Below, in pieces: positions 61,201-64,000 of a DNA stretch of 64,000 nucleotides. The translations under genes were made by a program, and so were the position numbers. The DNA is from Candidatus Zhuqueibacterota bacterium. GTDB taxonomy: Bacteria; Zhuqueibacterota; Zhuqueibacteria; Oceanimicrobiales; Oceanimicrobiaceae. The DNA is taken from positions 12,517 through 76,516 of the forward strand of contig JAJDAE010000247.1 in NCBI GenBank assembly GCA_029262035.1, in the 5' to 3' direction. The notes beneath the pieces are model-generated. The model searched no databases. It had not been told where the DNA came from and saw only the letters and a program-made list of their open reading frames with translations. Within the stretch, counting starts at the first letter, position 1. Every line of letters begins with the position of its first letter.

Positions 61201-62157
61201 TTACTTTGTTTTTGTTTGCCTGGGTGTTGAACTACCTTTTTTTAGTAAAATCTCAAGAAGCTTTGTATCGAAGATTTTTACCCCATCTTGATTCAAGTGA
61301 CGTGAGTCAAAAAAATGCAATTTGTTGTCGAGCCGTATAATTTCGTTAAAATTATAATAGTCACCCAATTTCTTGATTTTATGATCAAAATCGTTATTGT
61401 TTGAATACCATTTATATTTTGCCTGAGTAGAGGGTACCTGTACAAAAATAAACGGGGTATTGTGCTGTTTTAGTAAGAAAATAATGTTATCTAAAGCATC
61501 AAATTGTTTTTGGTTAAATTTCCATTCTGATGTCTTTTTATATTTAACATAGTCATAATACTTTATCTTTTTTTCGACAAACCCGCCCGGGATATATGTA
61601 TCATCATCTTTGATGATTTCCTCTTTGTAACTTATGTCTTTCTTAAAAAAATCTCTATACAAACCATAAATTAAATTGTTATAAGTTTTTATATGGTTTT
61701 GCCTCAGAGCCAATCCGATCATATCTCTGTCAATTTTATCATTGGCGATAATATCTAATGATGACTCAACACCATCGCTGGTGAACGTCTCGGGATGAAC
61801 TTCATAAACAATGAAGGAAGGATTTAATTTATCTAAATATCTTTTAAGAAGGATTTCAGTTTGCAAAGGTGTCTGACTGCCTGAGCCTAAATTAAATGTA
61901 TGAAGACCGTATTGTTCAAAAATTCTGGGGTCGAACCCACGGTAGGCTCGTGATGAACCTAAAAAAAGTATGTCAATGTCTTTTTCAGTTTCAATGTTTC
62001 GTAACCTTGAATGCATATGACCATAGGAACCAATTTTATAATTTAAATTAGTTTTTAATTGTTTGGAGACACAATCTCCCCAAACAATAAGTAACAAGAT
62101 ATACATCACTGTCGAAAATGGGATGAATAATAGGATTGAATTTATAAAAGTTTTCAT
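61201..62157 (-). CDS. SGNH/DltD/AlgJ-like periplasmic partner of the MBOAT acyltransferase
   Basis: Preferred start MKTFINSILLFIPF, with a signal/TM, 4 nt after the MBOAT stop. DILFLGSSRAYRG (block I-like GDS) and a C-terminal DSRHLNQDG (block V-like DxxH) are present. Confidence 0.4.
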   Translation of the reverse strand: MKTFINSILLFIPFSTVMYILLLIVWGDCVSKQLKTNLNYKIGSYGHMHSRLRNIETEKDIDILFLGSSRAYRGFDPRIFEQYGLHTFNLGSGSQTPLQTEILLKRYLDKLNPSFIVYEVHPETFTSDGVESSLDIIANDKIDRDMIGLALRQNHIKTYNNLIYGLYRDFFKKDISYKEEIIKDDDTYIPGGFVEKKIKYYDYVKYKKTSEWKFNQKQFDALDNIIFLLKQHNTPFIFVQVPSTQAKYKWYSNNNDFDHKIKKLGDYYNFNEIIRLDNKLHFFDSRHLNQDGVKIFDTKLLEILLKKGSSTPRQTKTK

Positions 62158-62161
62158 AGTA

Positions 62162-63613
62162 TTAAAATTGAAAATATATAAATGGCGTTTCCTTTGTTTG
62201 CATGAATAAACCAATTAAGAATATTATAAACGAATAGTACATCCATCTAATCGGTCTTGGCCAATTTAACCCTATGTTAGATATGGCATATTGCCCTTCT
62301 CTTCCAATCCATTCAACTGCAGTAAAGAAAATTACCAAAAGAATTGTTGTTAAAGCTATCTCCCATCCAGAAAAGTAAGGAATTGTTATTAATGATTTAG
62401 AAAATATTTTGGATAAAATGTATATGGCATGTGTAATATTTTCAGCTCTAAAAAATATCCAAGCCATAACAGTTAAACTAAAAGTAATGCCTATACCAAA
62501 AAATTCTTTAATTGTTGGAAGGTACTTGCCCTTTGCAACAATGTCAAAATTTTCCCTGTTTTTCTTAAGAAGTAAAAGAGGTAAAAAGTAAAGTGCATTC
62601 AATGCTCCCCAAATTATAAACGTCCAGTTTGCTCCGTGCCAAAACCCGCTCACAATAAATATGATAAAAGTGTTTCTAATTTTCATCCCAATTCCGCCCC
62701 GGCTGCCGCCTAATGGAATATACAGGTAATCTCTAAACCAGGTTGAAAGAGAAATATGCCAACGTCTCCAAAACTCTGCAATATCTCGTGAGAAGTATGG
62801 GAAAGAAAAGTTTCTCATCAAGTCAAAACCAAAAAGTCTGGATGTTCCGATAGCAATATCTGAGTAACCAGAAAAGTCACAATAAATTTGAAAAGAAAAA
62901 AATAATGCGCCTAACAATAGGGTACTTCCTGGATAATCGGTTGAATTATTAAAAATTAGGTTGGCATATTCAGCACAATTGTCAGCAATTACTAATTTTT
63001 TAAATAATCCCCAAAGGATCTGTTTTAAACCATCAATCACTTTGTTATAGTCGAAAATACGTTTCGCGTAGAATTGAGGAAGCAAGTTTGTTGCCCGTTC
63101 AATTGGTCCTGCTACTAATTGAGGGAAAAAACTAACAAAGGCAGAAAATGCTATAAAATTTTTTGTTGGGTCCAATTTGCGTTTGTAAACGTCAATCGTA
63201 TAGCTTAATGTTTGAAATGTGTAGAAACTAATACCAACGGGTAAAATGATATTTAAGGAATTGGCTCTTATTTCAGTTCCCCAAAATGAAAAGGCAGTTA
63301 CGAAATTATCAAGAAAAAAATTGTAATATTTGAAAAAACCAAGTAAGCCAAGGTTTACTAAAATACTCGTACAAAGTAAGATTCTTCGTTTAGCCTGATC
63401 TCTTTTTTTTAGAAGTTCTAACCCAACCGTATAATCGACGATGGTACTGAACAATATCAAAGATAAAAATCGCCAGTCCCACCAACCGTAGAACACATAG
63501 CTTGCAGCAACTATCAGCAAGTTCTGAATTTTTAAATTTTTAGTAGTTATAAACCAATAAAGTATAAAAACTATCGGTAGAAATATTGCAAAGTCTATTG
63601 AATTAAAAGGCAT
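62162..63613 (-). CDS. MBOAT-family membrane O-acyltransferase (AlgI/DltB/PatA-like)
   Basis: 483 aa and polytopic. The conserved MBOAT His region is FWRRWHISLSTWFRDYLYIPLGGSRGG...FIVSGFWHGANW. Confidence 0.8.
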   Translation of the reverse strand: MPFNSIDFAIFLPIVFILYWFITTKNLKIQNLLIVAASYVFYGWWDWRFLSLILFSTIVDYTVGLELLKKRDQAKRRILLCTSILVNLGLLGFFKYYNFFLDNFVTAFSFWGTEIRANSLNIILPVGISFYTFQTLSYTIDVYKRKLDPTKNFIAFSAFVSFFPQLVAGPIERATNLLPQFYAKRIFDYNKVIDGLKQILWGLFKKLVIADNCAEYANLIFNNSTDYPGSTLLLGALFFSFQIYCDFSGYSDIAIGTSRLFGFDLMRNFSFPYFSRDIAEFWRRWHISLSTWFRDYLYIPLGGSRGGIGMKIRNTFIIFIVSGFWHGANWTFIIWGALNALYFLPLLLLKKNRENFDIVAKGKYLPTIKEFFGIGITFSLTVMAWIFFRAENITHAIYILSKIFSKSLITIPYFSGWEIALTTILLVIFFTAVEWIGREGQYAISNIGLNWPRPIRWMYYSFIIFLIGLFMQTKETPFIYFQF

Positions 63614-63622
63614 TTCCTATAG

Positions 63623-64000
63623 TCAGGATAAAAAATTCCTGCTCCAGTTTTTGATAGAACCTCGAATCTTCGCAATTTCGAATTCAGTGTAAAAGTTTAA
63701 GAAGTATAAAACAACCGGGAAACTTAGAATTATCATTCCTTTGTAAAAAATTCTCTCTCCAAGGGAGTAATTGTTAAATAAAGTCGTTAGCAAAAATAAA
63801 ATGATGCTCGAGATAAATAACATAAAAATTCTATTGAATTCATAGTTTATGGGATAGAATTTTTGAACTGTTCGATAAGCGAATATCAAAGAAGTCAGTT
63901 GAGATAAGACTGTCGCGTAGGCCGCTCCCATTATCCCAAGTTTTGGGATGAGAATGATATTTAATAAAATATTAAGTAAAGCAGAGCCACCTGTTATTAA
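63623..64000 (-). CDS. C-terminal part of a Wzx/MOP-type polysaccharide flippase (5' end outside the window)
   Basis: The minus-strand frame is open to the window edge. The translated sequence is ...ITGGSALLNILLNIILIPKLGIMGAAYATVLSQLTSLIFAY..., typical of the C-terminal TM segments of polysaccharide biosynthesis (Wzx-like) proteins. Confidence 0.5.
   Translation of the reverse strand, partial: LITGGSALLNILLNIILIPKLGIMGAAYATVLSQLTSLIFAYRTVQKFYPINYEFNRIFMLFISSIILFLLTTLFNNYSLGERIFYKGMIILSFPVVLYFLNFYTEFEIAKIRGSIKNWSRNFLS

Noticed and set aside
61924-61945. A tRNA-like T-arm (GGGTTCGACCCC on the minus strand)
   Set aside because: It lies inside the well-supported 61201..62157 CDS. No acceptor or anticodon arms can be drawn around it, so it is a chance match.
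1-64000. CRISPR arrays, rRNA genes, and integrase/transposase-bounded islands
   Set aside because: No regularly spaced direct repeats are present. No rRNA-like conserved blocks are present. No integrase, transposase or recombinase motifs or terminal inverted repeats were seen.

Overview
The window is a 64-kb chromosomal segment, AT-rich by eye, from a Gram-negative bacterium. I place it most plausibly in a non-Bacteroidia lineage of the FCB superphylum (Ignavibacteria-, Calditrichaeota- or Marinimicrobia-like). The grounds are four very large secreted proteins ending in the T9SS C-terminal sorting domain (NYPNPFNPTT...), a PorV/PorQ-like outer-membrane gene, sigma70-style TTGACA/TATAAT promoters and good Shine-Dalgarno sites.

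A housekeeping core is recognisable: dnaG, aceE (pyruvate dehydrogenase E1), a Pol I-type 5'-3' exonuclease, accB-accC, gcvH and rpiA. Accessory content is interleaved with it. No rRNA, tRNA or CRISPR array was found.

The most unusual content is a pair of ~1000-aa paralogs (27408..30458 and 37468..40443). Each appears to fuse a signal peptide, an M1-like HExxH...WxxEGxA gluzincin domain, a TolB/PD40 beta-propeller and an Omp85/D15-like C-terminal beta-barrel. The second one sits in an apparent operon with a BamB-like PQQ-propeller lipoprotein and a PEGA-domain protein. Between the paralogs, on the minus strand, lie a CtpA S41 protease, a tiny protein with a polybasic tail, a polytopic membrane protein and a sigma-54-activator-like AAA+ regulator that lacks both a receiver domain and the GAFTGA motif.

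Other notable items:
- a VWA + MoxR/ChlI-clade AAA+ + GAF-HD-GYP operon, with a stop-interrupted reading frame in its internal spacer;
- an M6 (InhA)-like T9SS cargo protein whose HExxH reads LMxxN, i.e. a likely pseudo-protease;
- a GH13-fold secreted protein with a substituted catalytic constellation, next to an ABC exporter;
- a 1171-aa GlgE-like GH13 enzyme with long extensions;
- a fused Gfo/Idh/MocA oxidoreductase-hexapeptide acetyltransferase (WbpB-WbpD-like) in a glycan cluster;
- a ~215-aa tandem internal duplication inside a 1380-aa T9SS protein;
- a GC-rich structured intergenic element.

All calls rest on motifs read by eye; no database searches were run.
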